A DNA stretch of 32,000 nucleotides from Phycisphaera mikurensis NBRC 102666 (GTDB lineage: Bacteria > Planctomycetota > Phycisphaerae > Phycisphaerales > Phycisphaeraceae). Shown piece after piece: positions 1-8,836 of this stretch (position 1 is the stretch's first letter; every line of letters starts with the position of its first letter). Made by a program: the position numbers and the translations under genes. Below the pieces are notes generated by a model, which did no database searches, was not told the origin of the DNA, and saw nothing but the letters and a program-made list of their open reading frames with translations. The stretch spans positions 2,460,001 through 2,492,000 of the forward strand of contig NC_017080.1 of the NCBI RefSeq assembly GCF_000284115.1, written 5' to 3'.

Positions 1-30
1 CGTACGGAGGGCCCGCGCCGCCGCGCAGCG

Positions 31-76
31 CCGCGGACCGCCGGCCCGGAGCCCCTCCGGGCGTCGCGGTCCGCGG
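31..76. repeat. 46-bp palindromic element, copy 1 (CCGCGGACCG-N26-CGGTCCGCGG)
   Basis: Arms are at 31-40 and 67-76, with a 26-nt spacer. The spacer holds an inner CCCGGAG/CTCCGGG stem. Copy 5 shares the 25-mer GCCGCGGACCGCCGGCCCGGAGCCC. Confidence 0.8.
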
Positions 77-145
77 AGCCCGACGCCGCCCGCCGCCCGT
101 CAAGTGTTTACACTGCCCCGCCCGCTCTTTGATCGAGGATCCACG

Positions 146-457
146 ATGCCCCAAGTCACCTACATCACCCCCGCGGGCGAGACCCGCGTCGTTGAAAACG
201 CCGAGGGAACGCTCATGAGCGCAGCCGTCGCGAACCAGGTCGAAGGCATCGACGGCGACTGCGGCGGCGTGTGCAGCTGCGCCACCTGCCACGTGCACGT
301 CGACCCGGCCTGGCAGGAGAAGGTCGGCCCCGCGACCGCCGCCGAGGAGGGCATGCTCGAGCTCGAGGACGAGGCCACCGAGGCCAGCCGCCTCGGCTGC
401 CAGGTGACGCTGACGCCGGAGCTCGACGGCCTCGTGGTGCGCGTGGTCGGCCGTTGA
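146..457 (+). CDS. [2Fe-2S] ferredoxin, adrenodoxin/putidaredoxin type
   Basis: ATG at 146 is preceded by GAGGA (135-139). The product starts MPQVTYITPAGE. CGGVCSCATCH plus the distal Cys in RLGCQV gives the C-x5-C-x2-C...C ligand pattern of this ferredoxin class. The GTG at 104 in the ORF track is a less likely alternative start. Confidence 0.9.
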   Translation: MPQVTYITPAGETRVVENAEGTLMSAAVANQVEGIDGDCGGVCSCATCHVHVDPAWQEKVGPATAAEEGMLELEDEATEASRLGCQVTLTPELDGLVVRVVGR

Positions 458-1740
458 CCGCCGCCGCTCCCCACCTCGTCGTCGTCGGCGCCGGCCACGC
501 CGCCGCCCAGCTGTGCGCCTCGCTGCACGCCACCGATTGGCCCGGACGCGTCACCGTCGTCGGCGACGAGCCCGGCCTGCCGTACCACCGGCCGCCCCTG
601 TCGAAGGGCCGGCTGGATGCCGGCGAGCCCGGGGCCGCCGAAGCCGCCGGGGCCGACCTCATCCGCCCCGAGGCCTTCTACGACGACCACAACATCGCCC
701 GCCGCGAGAGCGTCGCCGTCGTCGCCATCGACCGCGCGGCGAAAGAGCTGACGCTGCGTGGCGGCGGCGAGGACGAGAGGCTCGGCTACGACCTGCTCGT
801 CCTCGCCACCGGCTCGCTGCACCGCCGCCCGCCGATCCCGGGCATCGACCACGAGCGGGTCCACACGCTGCGGACCGCGGCCGAGGCCGCGGCCGTCCGC
901 GATCGGCTCGGGCAGGCCTCCTCGGTGGTCGTCATCGGCGCCGGCTTCATCGGCCTCGAGGTCGCCGCCTCGCTCCGCAAGCGGGGCCTGGGCGTGACCG
1001 TCCTGGAGATGGCCGACCGCGTGCTCGCCCGCGTCACCTCCGAGGAGGTGTCCGCCTTCTTCGCCGACCTGCACCGCGGCCACGGCGTGGACCTCCGCCT
1101 CGGTGCCGGCGCCACCGCCATCGACGACCGTCTCGGCGGGCTGAGGGTCCGCCTCGGCGACGGCGACGCGATCGACGCCGACTTCGTCGTCGTCGGCGCC
1201 GGGGCCGCGGCCAACGACGCCCTCGCCCGCGACGCGGGGCTGGAGATCGGCGAGCGGCCATTCGGCGGCGTCGTCGTCGACGCCCACCAGCGAACCGCCG
1301 ACCCCGCCGTCTTCGCCATCGGCGACTGCTGCAACCAGCTGAGCCACCTCTACGGCCGCCGCATGCGGCTGGAGAGCGTGCAGAACGCCAACGACCAGGC
1401 GAAGACCGCCGCCGCCGCGATCGCCGGCACGCCGCGGCCGCACGTGTCGATGCCGTGGTTCTGGTCCGACCAGTACGACGTGAAGCTGCAGATCGCCGGC
1501 CTCTCCACCGGCCACGACCGCTGCGTCCTCCGCGGCGAGCCGGCGGTCGGGCAGTCCTTCTCCGCCTGGTACCTCCAGGGCGGGAAGCTGCTCGCCGTCG
1601 ACGCGGTGAACGACCCCCGCGCCTACGCCGTCGCGGGCAAGCTGATCCCGCACGGCCTCACGCCCGACCCGGCGCTGATCGCCGACACCTCGGCGGGTCC
1701 CAAAGACCTCATCGCTTCCGCCAAGGGCGCCTCCTCATGA
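454..1740 (+). CDS. FAD-dependent ferredoxin--NAD(P)+ reductase (putidaredoxin-reductase-like)
   Basis: The frame is open from 271, but protein-like sequence begins at TTG 454, which overlaps the ferredoxin stop as TTGA. Motifs: HLVVVGAGHAAAQL (FAD GxGxxA), VVVIGAGFIGLEVAA (NAD(P)H GxGxxG) and FAIGDC. The length of about 428 aa fits the family. Confidence 0.85.
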   Translation: MTAAAPHLVVVGAGHAAAQLCASLHATDWPGRVTVVGDEPGLPYHRPPLSKGRLDAGEPGAAEAAGADLIRPEAFYDDHNIARRESVAVVAIDRAAKELTLRGGGEDERLGYDLLVLATGSLHRRPPIPGIDHERVHTLRTAAEAAAVRDRLGQASSVVVIGAGFIGLEVAASLRKRGLGVTVLEMADRVLARVTSEEVSAFFADLHRGHGVDLRLGAGATAIDDRLGGLRVRLGDGDAIDADFVVVGAGAAANDALARDAGLEIGERPFGGVVVDAHQRTADPAVFAIGDCCNQLSHLYGRRMRLESVQNANDQAKTAAAAIAGTPRPHVSMPWFWSDQYDVKLQIAGLSTGHDRCVLRGEPAVGQSFSAWYLQGGKLLAVDAVNDPRAYAVAGKLIPHGLTPDPALIADTSAGPKDLIASAKGASS

Positions 1741-2945
1741 GCGACGAACCCCACGCCCCGACCCCCGCCGGCTGCCCCCACGGCCGCGACCCCTTCAAAG
1801 CCGCCCGCGAAGCCGAGGGCGTCCAGCGGATGACCGCCGAGGGCGAGGAGATGCCGCTGGTGCTGCGCCTCCAGGACGTCCGCCGCGTCTGCAAGGACTG
1901 GAAGACCTTCAGCAACGACGACCCGCTGATGATCGTTCCCCACAGCGAGGAGAAGGTCCGCGACGTCCGCCAGCTGCCCATCGAGATCGACCCGCCGCAG
2001 CACACCGGCTACCGGAAGCTGGTCGAGCCGATGTTCCGCCGCCCGCAGGAACCTGAGTACCTCGCCGCCATGGAGGCGCTGGTGGCCGGCCACGTCGACG
2101 CGGCCCTCGCCGCCGGCGAGACCGAGGCGGTCCGCCGCTTCGCCCTGCCGCTGCAGTCCCGCGGGCTCGCGCTGCTGCTGGGCCTGCCGCTGGCCGAGGC
2201 CGAGCGGTGGATCGGCTGGGGCGTGCACGTCTACCACGACGGCGAGGACGAGGCCGGCATGATCGCCAAGGCCCGCGAGGTCGACACCTACTTCGCGGAA
2301 ACCTTCGCCCGTTCCACCGATCCCGACGCCGACGACTTCTTCAGCCACTTGAACCGCGTCGAGCACGAGGGCCGCCCGCTGACGCGGGAGGAGAAGCAGG
2401 GCTTCGCCCACATGGCCTTCGCCGGCGGCCGCGACACCGTCATCGGCACCGTGAGCGGCATCCTCGGCCACCTCTCCGAGCACCCCGAGGCCCTGGACTT
2501 CCTCCGCGACGATCCCGCCCGGATCGTCACCGCCACCGAGGAGTACGTGCGCTGGGTCAGCCCGCTGACCGCCATCGCCCGCCGCTGCCCCGCCGGGGCG
2601 GAGCTGCCCGGCGGGCTCGGCGTGAGCGTGCCCCCCGGCGGCCGCGTGGGCCTCTGCTGGCCCAGCGCCAACCGCGACGCCGCCGTCTTCGAAGCCGCCG
2701 ACGAGGTCGTCCTCGACCGCGCCCCCAACCCGCACGTCGGCTTCGGCTTCGGCGCTCACAACTGCCTCGGCCAGCACCAGGCCCGGGCCATCATCCGCAG
2801 CCTGCTCGCCGCGCTCTGCGAGAAGGTCGAGCGGATCGAGCGGATCTCCGCCGAGCCCCGCCTCGAGACCGAGTCCTCCTTCGTCCGCCAGGTCGGCTGG
2901 GACGAACTGCACGTCCGCTGGGTGCCCCGGCACAGCTCCGCCTGA
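1737..2945 (+). CDS. cytochrome P450 monooxygenase (class I, three-component)
   Basis: ATG 1737 overlaps the reductase stop as ATGA. Motifs: heme-thiolate loop FGFGAHNCLGQHQA (FxxGxHxCxG), ExxR in TEEYVRW, I-helix AGGRDT acid-alcohol pair, and IDPPQHTGYRKLV near the N-terminus. Product is 402 aa. Confidence 0.92.
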   Translation: MSDEPHAPTPAGCPHGRDPFKAAREAEGVQRMTAEGEEMPLVLRLQDVRRVCKDWKTFSNDDPLMIVPHSEEKVRDVRQLPIEIDPPQHTGYRKLVEPMFRRPQEPEYLAAMEALVAGHVDAALAAGETEAVRRFALPLQSRGLALLLGLPLAEAERWIGWGVHVYHDGEDEAGMIAKAREVDTYFAETFARSTDPDADDFFSHLNRVEHEGRPLTREEKQGFAHMAFAGGRDTVIGTVSGILGHLSEHPEALDFLRDDPARIVTATEEYVRWVSPLTAIARRCPAGAELPGGLGVSVPPGGRVGLCWPSANRDAAVFEAADEVVLDRAPNPHVGFGFGAHNCLGQHQARAIIRSLLAALCEKVERIERISAEPRLETESSFVRQVGWDELHVRWVPRHSSA

Positions 2946-2974
2946 CCCCGCCGCGGCGTCGCGTCGCGGCCCCC

Positions 2975-3003
2975 TTGGCCGCAGCACGCCGCCGCTCTAT
3001 CAT
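2975..3003 (+). promoter_or_regulatory. candidate sigma-70-like promoter (TTGGCC-17 nt-TATCAT) for the DUF1559 gene
   Basis: TTGGCC at 2975-2980, a 17-nt spacer, then TATCAT at 2998-3003. It sits in the only AT-richer patch of the 150-bp intergenic region. This is pattern match only. Confidence 0.25.
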
Positions 3004-3098
3004 GTAAACAATCTTCTTCAGCCGATCGGACATCGATCGTCTTCCGGCGGCTCCTCTGCCTCGCACCTCCCCCGATCCCGTTCCTTCCGGAGTAACCC

Positions 3099-4001
3099 AT
3101 GCCCCGCCCCGCCGCCTCCCGGTCCCGCACCCGCGTTTCTGCCCCGCCCGCGGGCTTCACCTTGATCGAGCTGCTGGTCGTTATCAGCATCATCGCGCTG
3201 CTCATCGGCATCCTGCTGCCGGCCCTGGGGGCCGCCCGCCGCACCGCCCGGGTCACCGCCTGCGCCACGCAGGAGCAGCAGATCGGCCGCGCCATGGCGG
3301 CGTACCAGGCCGATTTCGATGACTACTACCCGGAGATGAGCGGGCCGCGGTCCGGCTACGGGGGGACGCAGGTCACCTGGGACGACCGCCTCGGCCAGGG
3401 CGGCTACGACGGCCGCGGCGTCGACTGGTTCGTCACCCCCACCGGCTTCAACGCCGTGGGCTTCATCCCCAACCCGACGGACACGCCGGAGGTTCCGCTG
3501 TATCGCTGCCCCCTGGACACCGAGTTCGAGCACGGCCCGCCCTTCCTGGTCGGGAACCCCCGGAGCTACTCGATCAACATCCTCAACGACAACAACGCCA
3601 ACCAGAACGGCGTGGCGGGCCTGGACGTGAACAACAACTCCAAGTCCATCCGGGTGGACGCGGTCGGCGAGATCTCGCAGACCATCGTCATCGCCGAGAA
3701 CCTCGCCTTCAACCCCGCCACCGGCCGGGCCGAGAACACGCTGGGCGGAGGCAACGTGTTCGGTGCCTTCGGCGTGGGCGTGACCCCCTACACGCACGAT
3801 CCCAGCGCGGCCGCCGGCTACTCGCCGCGGGCCCTCGCCCACCACGGCACCGGCACCGAGTCCGCCACGGTCAACACGAGCTTCAGCTCGAACTACCTGT
3901 TCGGCGACGGCCACGTCGAGACGCTGGACAACGGCCAGACCTTGCGGAACGCCCCGGCGGCCTTCAACTACCAGGAGACGCTCTGGGACGCGTCCCGCTG
4001 A
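3099..4001 (+). CDS. prepilin-type N-terminal cleavage/methylation domain protein, DUF1559 / H-X9-DG-like family
   Basis: GGAG lies 7 nt upstream of the ATG. The N-terminus [31 protein letters not shown] is a class III (type IV pilin-like) signal. The C-terminal [12 protein letters not shown] resembles the DG-containing tail of the Planctomycetota-expanded DUF1559 family. Confidence 0.85.
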   Translation: MPRPAASRSRTRVSAPPAGFTLIELLVVISIIALLIGILLPALGAARRTARVTACATQEQQIGRAMAAYQADFDDYYPEMSGPRSGYGGTQVTWDDRLGQGGYDGRGVDWFVTPTGFNAVGFIPNPTDTPEVPLYRCPLDTEFEHGPPFLVGNPRSYSINILNDNNANQNGVAGLDVNNNSKSIRVDAVGEISQTIVIAENLAFNPATGRAENTLGGGNVFGAFGVGVTPYTHDPSAAAGYSPRALAHHGTGTESATVNTSFSSNYLFGDGHVETLDNGQTLRNAPAAFNYQETLWDASR

Positions 4002-4077
4002 GTCGCCGCCCCCGGCGCTCCCCCTCCCGCAACCCCCGCCTTCCCGGGGCCTTCCCCGCAAGCCAAGGACGTTCCGC

Positions 4078-4656
4078 ATGCCCGACGATGAACGCAAGCC
4101 CGAGCTGCTCAAGCTCGTGGCCGGGGTGGCGATCACGCTCGTCGCCCTGGCCGTCATCCTCTACCAGGTGCTGCCGGGGTCGAGCCCGCTGACGCAGGAC
4201 AAGTGGATGTTCGACCTCGCCAGCGGCAAGCTCGTCCGCGCTCCCGCCAGCGAGATCGCCCCGATCGACGGCGACGGGACCTTCGACTACCCCGGCCTGG
4301 GCCCGGGCCCGTCGGTGGTGGACGCCAGCGTCTTCACCTGCGGCGACCCCGCCGACATCCGGGCCGGCATGACCGCCGCGGAGCTCGAGGCCGTCGGCGC
4401 CCGGATCGGCTTTCTTACCCGCTTGACGCCGCAGTCCAAGCGGGCGATGGAGGCGGCCATGCGGGCCTCCGACGCGCAGCGGGATGGCGATGCCGGCCCG
4501 GACGGCGGCACCGGCGGCACCGCCACGACTGTGCTCTCCGCCCTCGATGGCCGGCGGTGGGTGGGCGAGCTCAGCCCGCCGGCGATGCAGATCCGGGCCG
4601 CCGCGAGCCAGCCCTGCGGGGACGAATCCCCCCCGAAGCTGACCCGCCCGTCCTGA
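4078..4656 (+). CDS. hypothetical protein with N-terminal membrane anchor
   Basis: One hydrophobic helix (LLKLVAGVAITLVALAVILYQVL) is followed by a balanced, non-shadow-like composition. It lies 76 nt downstream of the DUF1559 gene on the same strand. I recognise no motif. Confidence 0.55.
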   Translation: MPDDERKPELLKLVAGVAITLVALAVILYQVLPGSSPLTQDKWMFDLASGKLVRAPASEIAPIDGDGTFDYPGLGPGPSVVDASVFTCGDPADIRAGMTAAELEAVGARIGFLTRLTPQSKRAMEAAMRASDAQRDGDAGPDGGTGGTATTVLSALDGRRWVGELSPPAMQIRAAASQPCGDESPPKLTRPS

Positions 4657-4670
4657 CGCCGGACCGCCAG

Positions 4671-4716
4671 CCGCGGACCGTCGTCAGCCGGTAACGTTTC
4701 CACCCGCGGTCCGCGG
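4671..4716. repeat. 46-bp palindromic element, copy 2
   Basis: CCGCGGACCG at 4671-4680 and CGGTCCGCGG at 4707-4716, with a 26-nt spacer. It starts 15 nt after the stop at 4654-4656. Confidence 0.8.
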
Positions 4717-4790
4717 CGGCTCGCTCCCGCGGGCCTTCGCCGCCTGCGGGCGCCATCGCGCCACCGCCCGCACCCGCCACGCCGAACCCC

Positions 4791-5936
4791 ATGCTCCCGG
4801 CTCCGATCGACGCTCACGAAACCTTCTCCGCCCTGGTCGCCGACGGCCGCGGCGGCCACGCCGTCCGCACGATTGAGGTCGGCCCGCCCGGGCCCGGCGA
4901 GCTGGCGGTGGACCTCCGCGCCTCGGGCATCTGCCACACCGACTTCGACTCCCTCTCCTGGGGCCACCCCCACGTGATGGGGCACGAGGGCGCCGGCGTG
5001 GTGGCCGCGGCGGGCGAGGGCGTCACCGGCTTCGCCCCCGGCGACCGCGTGCTGCTGAACTGGGCGGTGCCCTGCCTCGCCTGTGGGGCGTGCCGCCACG
5101 GCCACCGCAACCTCTGCGAGCGGCAGAACCCGGCGACCACCCCGCCGGGCTCGCCGACCACCGGCGCCGCCCACGCCGCAGCGACCCGCCTCGGCGGGGA
5201 GCCGCTCGAGCGGTCGTTCCACCTGGGCACGATGAGCGGGCGGACGGTCGTGCGGGAGGCCGCGGCGGTCCGCATCCCCGACGGCCACGACATCTCCTGG
5301 GGCGCCGCCTGCATCATCGGCTGCGGCGTGATGACCGGCTTCGGCTCGGCGGTGAAGGCCGGCGAGGTCCGAGCCGGCGACCGCTGCGTGGTGCTCGGCT
5401 GCGGCGGCGTCGGCCTCTCCGCGGTGCAGGGCTGCCGCATCGCGGGCGCCTCCCGCGTCGTCGCCGTCGACCTCTTCGACGCCCGCCTGGAGATGGCACG
5501 GGCCTTCGGGGCCACCGACACGATCCGCGCCGAGCGCGACGACGCCGGCCTCGCCGGCGTCGCGGCGCAGGTCCGCGCGCTCTTCGCCGGCGAGGGCGCC
5601 GACGTCGCCGTGGAATGCACCGCCGTGCCGGCGCTGGGCGCCGCGCCGCTGGCGATGGTCCGCAACGGCGGCACGGCCGTGCAGGCGTCCGGCATCGAGG
5701 AAGAGATCACCGTCGACATGCGCCTCTTCGAGTGGGACAAGACCTACCGCAATCCGCTCTACGGCGGCTGCGACCCCGCCGTCGACCTGCCCCGGCTGCT
5801 GGAGCTGCACCGCGGCGGCAAGCTGCTGCTCGAGGAGATGGTCAGCCGGTCCTACGCGCTGGAGGAGCTGGACGAAGCCTTCGCCGACATGCGTTCGGGC
5901 GCCATCGCCAAGGGCGTCATCCTCTTCGGCGACTGA
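4791..5936 (+). CDS. zinc-dependent alcohol dehydrogenase (MDR superfamily, class III-like)
   Basis: Motifs: GICHTD...GHEGAGVV catalytic Zn motif, structural Zn cysteines in CLACGACRHGHRNLC, and the Rossmann GCGGVGLS. Confidence 0.88.
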   Translation: MLPAPIDAHETFSALVADGRGGHAVRTIEVGPPGPGELAVDLRASGICHTDFDSLSWGHPHVMGHEGAGVVAAAGEGVTGFAPGDRVLLNWAVPCLACGACRHGHRNLCERQNPATTPPGSPTTGAAHAAATRLGGEPLERSFHLGTMSGRTVVREAAAVRIPDGHDISWGAACIIGCGVMTGFGSAVKAGEVRAGDRCVVLGCGGVGLSAVQGCRIAGASRVVAVDLFDARLEMARAFGATDTIRAERDDAGLAGVAAQVRALFAGEGADVAVECTAVPALGAAPLAMVRNGGTAVQASGIEEEITVDMRLFEWDKTYRNPLYGGCDPAVDLPRLLELHRGGKLLLEEMVSRSYALEELDEAFADMRSGAIAKGVILFGD

Positions 5937-5947
5937 CGCCCACGACC

Positions 5948-6754
5948 ATGCCGCCCTTCCGAACCCTCGAGCTCTCCGACCCCGCCTTCGAAACGGACCA
6001 CCTCCGCCGGGTCACGGTCAAGACGCCGAACCTCGGCGGCCGCGGCGACCTCACGGTGTTCGTTCCACCGGGCACCGCGCCGGAGGAGAAGCTGCCGGTG
6101 GTCACGCTGCTGCACGGCGTGTACGGCAGCCACTGGTGCTGGTCGGCCAAGGCCGGCGTGCACCGCACCGCCGCGGCGATGATCGCCTCGGGCGAGCTGC
6201 CGCCGCTGCTGATCGCGATGCCCGGCGACGGCGGCCGCTTTGATGGCACCGGCTACCGCCGCCACCGCGACGCCGACTACGGCGCCTGGATCGTCGAGGA
6301 CGTCCCCGCGGCGCTGATCCAGGCCGGGCTGCCCGCCGGTGCCGAGGCCCCCCGCTTTCTCGCCGGCCTGTCGATGGGCGGGTACGGCGCTCTCCGCCTG
6401 GGTGCCATGCACCCCGACCGCTTCGCCGGCTTCGCCGGCCACTCCTCGATCACCCGCTTCGAGGAGCTCGGCGGCTTCGTGGAGGAAGACCTCGACGCCT
6501 ACGACCTCGTCGACGGCGACCCGCACGCCATCGACGCCCTGCTCCGCAACCGCGACCGCCTGCCGCCCTTCCGCTTCGACTGCGGCGTCGACGACCCGCT
6601 GATCGACGGCAACCGCCGCCTGCACCGGGAGCTCGACGCAGCCGGCATCGCCCACGGCTACGCCGAGCACCCCGGCGGCCACGAATGGCCGTACTGGCAG
6701 CGGCACGTGAGCGACACGCTGCGCTTCTTCGGCGGCATCCTCCGCGGGGCCTGA
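5948..6754 (+). CDS. alpha/beta hydrolase, putative esterase family (esterase D / S-formylglutathione hydrolase-like fold)
   Basis: ATG at 5948, 11 nt after the ADH stop. It has the nucleophile elbow GLSMGG and LPVVTLLHGVYGSHWCW near the N-terminus. Product is 268 aa. Confidence 0.75.
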   Translation: MPPFRTLELSDPAFETDHLRRVTVKTPNLGGRGDLTVFVPPGTAPEEKLPVVTLLHGVYGSHWCWSAKAGVHRTAAAMIASGELPPLLIAMPGDGGRFDGTGYRRHRDADYGAWIVEDVPAALIQAGLPAGAEAPRFLAGLSMGGYGALRLGAMHPDRFAGFAGHSSITRFEELGGFVEEDLDAYDLVDGDPHAIDALLRNRDRLPPFRFDCGVDDPLIDGNRRLHRELDAAGIAHGYAEHPGGHEWPYWQRHVSDTLRFFGGILRGA

Positions 6755-6759
6755 AGCCC

Positions 6760-6780
6760 GACGCGCCGCCGCGGCGCGTC
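6760..6780. terminator. GC hairpin between convergent esterase and fabI genes
   Basis: GACGCGCC-GCCGC-GGCGCGTC forms a perfect 8-bp stem with a 5-nt loop. It starts 6 nt after the esterase stop and overlaps the fabI stop codon. There is no U-tract. Confidence 0.4.
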
Positions 6781-7609
6781 AACCGCCGTCGGCGTGCGGC
6801 GGAACGCCCATCACGTGGAACCCGCCGTCGACGTGGATGGTTTCGCCGGTGACGCCGCTGGAGAGGTCGCTGAGCAGGTAGACCGCGGTGTCGCCGACCT
6901 CCTCGCCGGTGTTGCACCGCTTCATCGGGGCGGTGTGCTCCTGGTACGCGATCATCTTGTCCATGCCGCCCACGCCGGCCCCGGCGAGCGTCTTGAAGGG
7001 TCCGGCGGAGATCGAGTTGACGCGGACGTTGCGGTCGGGCTGCCCCAGCTCCGCGGCGAGGTAGCGCGTCGTGTGCTCCAGGCACGCCTTCGCGACGCCC
7101 ATCACGTTGTAGCCGGGCGCGACCTTCTCGCCGCCGTAGTAGCTCATGTTCACCAGGGCGCCGCCGGGCCGGGCCTTCTCTGCGGTCGTCCGCTGCATGA
7201 GCGGCAACGCCCGCTGGGCCATCGCCAGCAGCGTGTACGCGGACGTGTCCATCGCGGCGGTGAAGACGCTGCGCGGCGTGGTGTGGAAGGTGTCGGGCTT
7301 GAGGTAATCCCGATCGGCGAAGGCGATCGAGTGCACGACGGCGTCGAGGCGGTCGTGGTCCTTGCCGTACCGGTCGAAGACCCGGTCGAGGCTCTCGTCG
7401 CTGTTGGCGTCGCACTCGACCAGCCACGGATCGCTCACGCCGAGGCTCTCGCAGGCCTTCTTCACGCGGTGCTCCATCTTGCCCATCGGCAGGTAGGTGA
7501 AGCCCAGTTCCGCCCCGTGGGCGATCAGCTGCTTGGCGATGAAGTAGGCGTAGGAGCGCTCGTTGGCGATCCCGAAGATGAGGCCCTTGTGGCCGGAGAG
7601 CAGACCCAT
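6779..7609 (-). CDS. fabI: enoyl-[acyl-carrier-protein] reductase (NADH), FabI
   Basis: Start is taken at MGLLSGHKGLIFGIANERSYAY, the typical FabI N-terminus. The ORF-track extension to 7696 is Arg/Pro-rich. The Tyr/Lys catalytic region is YYGGEKVAPGYNVMGVAKA, and the C-terminal motif is SAGPFKTLAG. Confidence 0.93.
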   Translation of the reverse strand: MGLLSGHKGLIFGIANERSYAYFIAKQLIAHGAELGFTYLPMGKMEHRVKKACESLGVSDPWLVECDANSDESLDRVFDRYGKDHDRLDAVVHSIAFADRDYLKPDTFHTTPRSVFTAAMDTSAYTLLAMAQRALPLMQRTTAEKARPGGALVNMSYYGGEKVAPGYNVMGVAKACLEHTTRYLAAELGQPDRNVRVNSISAGPFKTLAGAGVGGMDKMIAYQEHTAPMKRCNTGEEVGDTAVYLLSDLSSGVTGETIHVDGGFHVMGVPPHADGG

Positions 7610-7764
7610 TCGGTGCGTCCTTGTCGACTGCCGCCTGGCGGCGGGGTGGCGGGGAAGAGAGGCGGGCAGGCTACCGGGCCCGGCCCGGGGCGTCACGCCG
7701 CCGGCGAGCCGCGCCGCGGGGAGAAGCGACGCCCGGCGCTCCCACCGGCTCGGCTCTGCCGGTC

Positions 7765-8709
7765 TCAGCGCTCCGCGGGAGAGGCGGCGAGGCGAGGGTC
7801 CAGGAGGACGACCTCGGCTTCGGCCCGCAGCGCGCGGGCGGCCTGCTCCATCCTCAGCCGTTCGAGGTCGGCCCGGACGGCGCCGCGGACCGCCGCCTCT
7901 TCCTCGGCGAAGAGTGCACCGTCCGCGGGCAGCACCTCCTCGAGCCGGATCAGGGCGTAGCCGAACCCCGCCCCCAGCGCGACGGGGTTGCTGACCTCAC
8001 CGGGCGCCAGGCTCTGCACGGCGGAGCGGACGGCGGCGGGGAAGGTGGCGTCGTCGGGGTGGATCGGCGGCAGCAGGCCGCCGGCGGCGCGGCTCGCGTC
8101 GGTGGAGTGCTCGGAAGCGAGCGTCGCGAACGGCTCGCCGGCGACCGCACGCTCCCGGAGTGTCTGCGCCTCGGCGGCCGTGGCGACCGAGAGGAGGCGC
8201 GCCCGGTAGCGCCGGCCGTGCGACCGCTCGAAAGCGCGTCGCACCGCGGCGTCGTCCACCACGACCTCCCCCGCGACGAGCTTGCGCAGGCCGGCGTTGC
8301 GGCGCAGCAGCGCCGCGAAGCGGACCGGGCCCAGCCCCCGCCGCTCCCGCAGCGTGGCGAGCAGACGCTCCGCGGCGTCGGGATCGTTAGACAGCGCCGC
8401 CAGGAGGCGCTCCCGCTCGGCCCCGAGGTCCTCCGCGGCGAGCGCCTCGCCACGCGATCGGAGCTGCGCGTCGATGAGCCGGCCGAGCGCGATCTCCTCG
8501 AGAACGGCGGGCCCGGCGGCCTCCACCAGCCGGTCGTTCAGCTCCGCCGCCGTCACCGGCTCGGCGGCGACGAAGGCGACGGCCGCGGCGGCGGGGACCG
8601 CGGCCGCGGCCGCCGCCGGCGGCCGACCCTCTCGGGCGCATCCGCCCGAGGCGGCGGCGACCGCCGCGAGGCCAAAGATCCACGCGGGGGCGGAGCGGGA
8701 GCGGGTCAT
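7765..8709 (-). CDS. parvulin-like peptidyl-prolyl isomerase / SurA-PrsA-like chaperone, probable lipoprotein
   Basis: Signal peptide with Cys (WIFGLAAVAAASGGC). The C-terminal half resembles a parvulin rotamase domain (GEPFATLASEHSTD...AGGLL...APGEVSNPVALGAGFGYALIRLEE). Confidence 0.65.
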   Translation of the reverse strand: MTRSRSAPAWIFGLAAVAAASGGCAREGRPPAAAAAAVPAAAAVAFVAAEPVTAAELNDRLVEAAGPAVLEEIALGRLIDAQLRSRGEALAAEDLGAERERLLAALSNDPDAAERLLATLRERRGLGPVRFAALLRRNAGLRKLVAGEVVVDDAAVRRAFERSHGRRYRARLLSVATAAEAQTLRERAVAGEPFATLASEHSTDASRAAGGLLPPIHPDDATFPAAVRSAVQSLAPGEVSNPVALGAGFGYALIRLEEVLPADGALFAEEEAAVRGAVRADLERLRMEQAARALRAEAEVVLLDPRLAASPAER

Positions 8710-8836
8710 CGCGGCACGCTAGAGCATCGTGGTCGATCTTCTCTTCGGCCTGCGCCCGCGGAGGCGACCAGGAAGGGGAACGCGGTGCAACCCCCGCCGC
8801 GGGGCGCGCCCGGCCGCCCGTACGCTGCCCCGGCCG

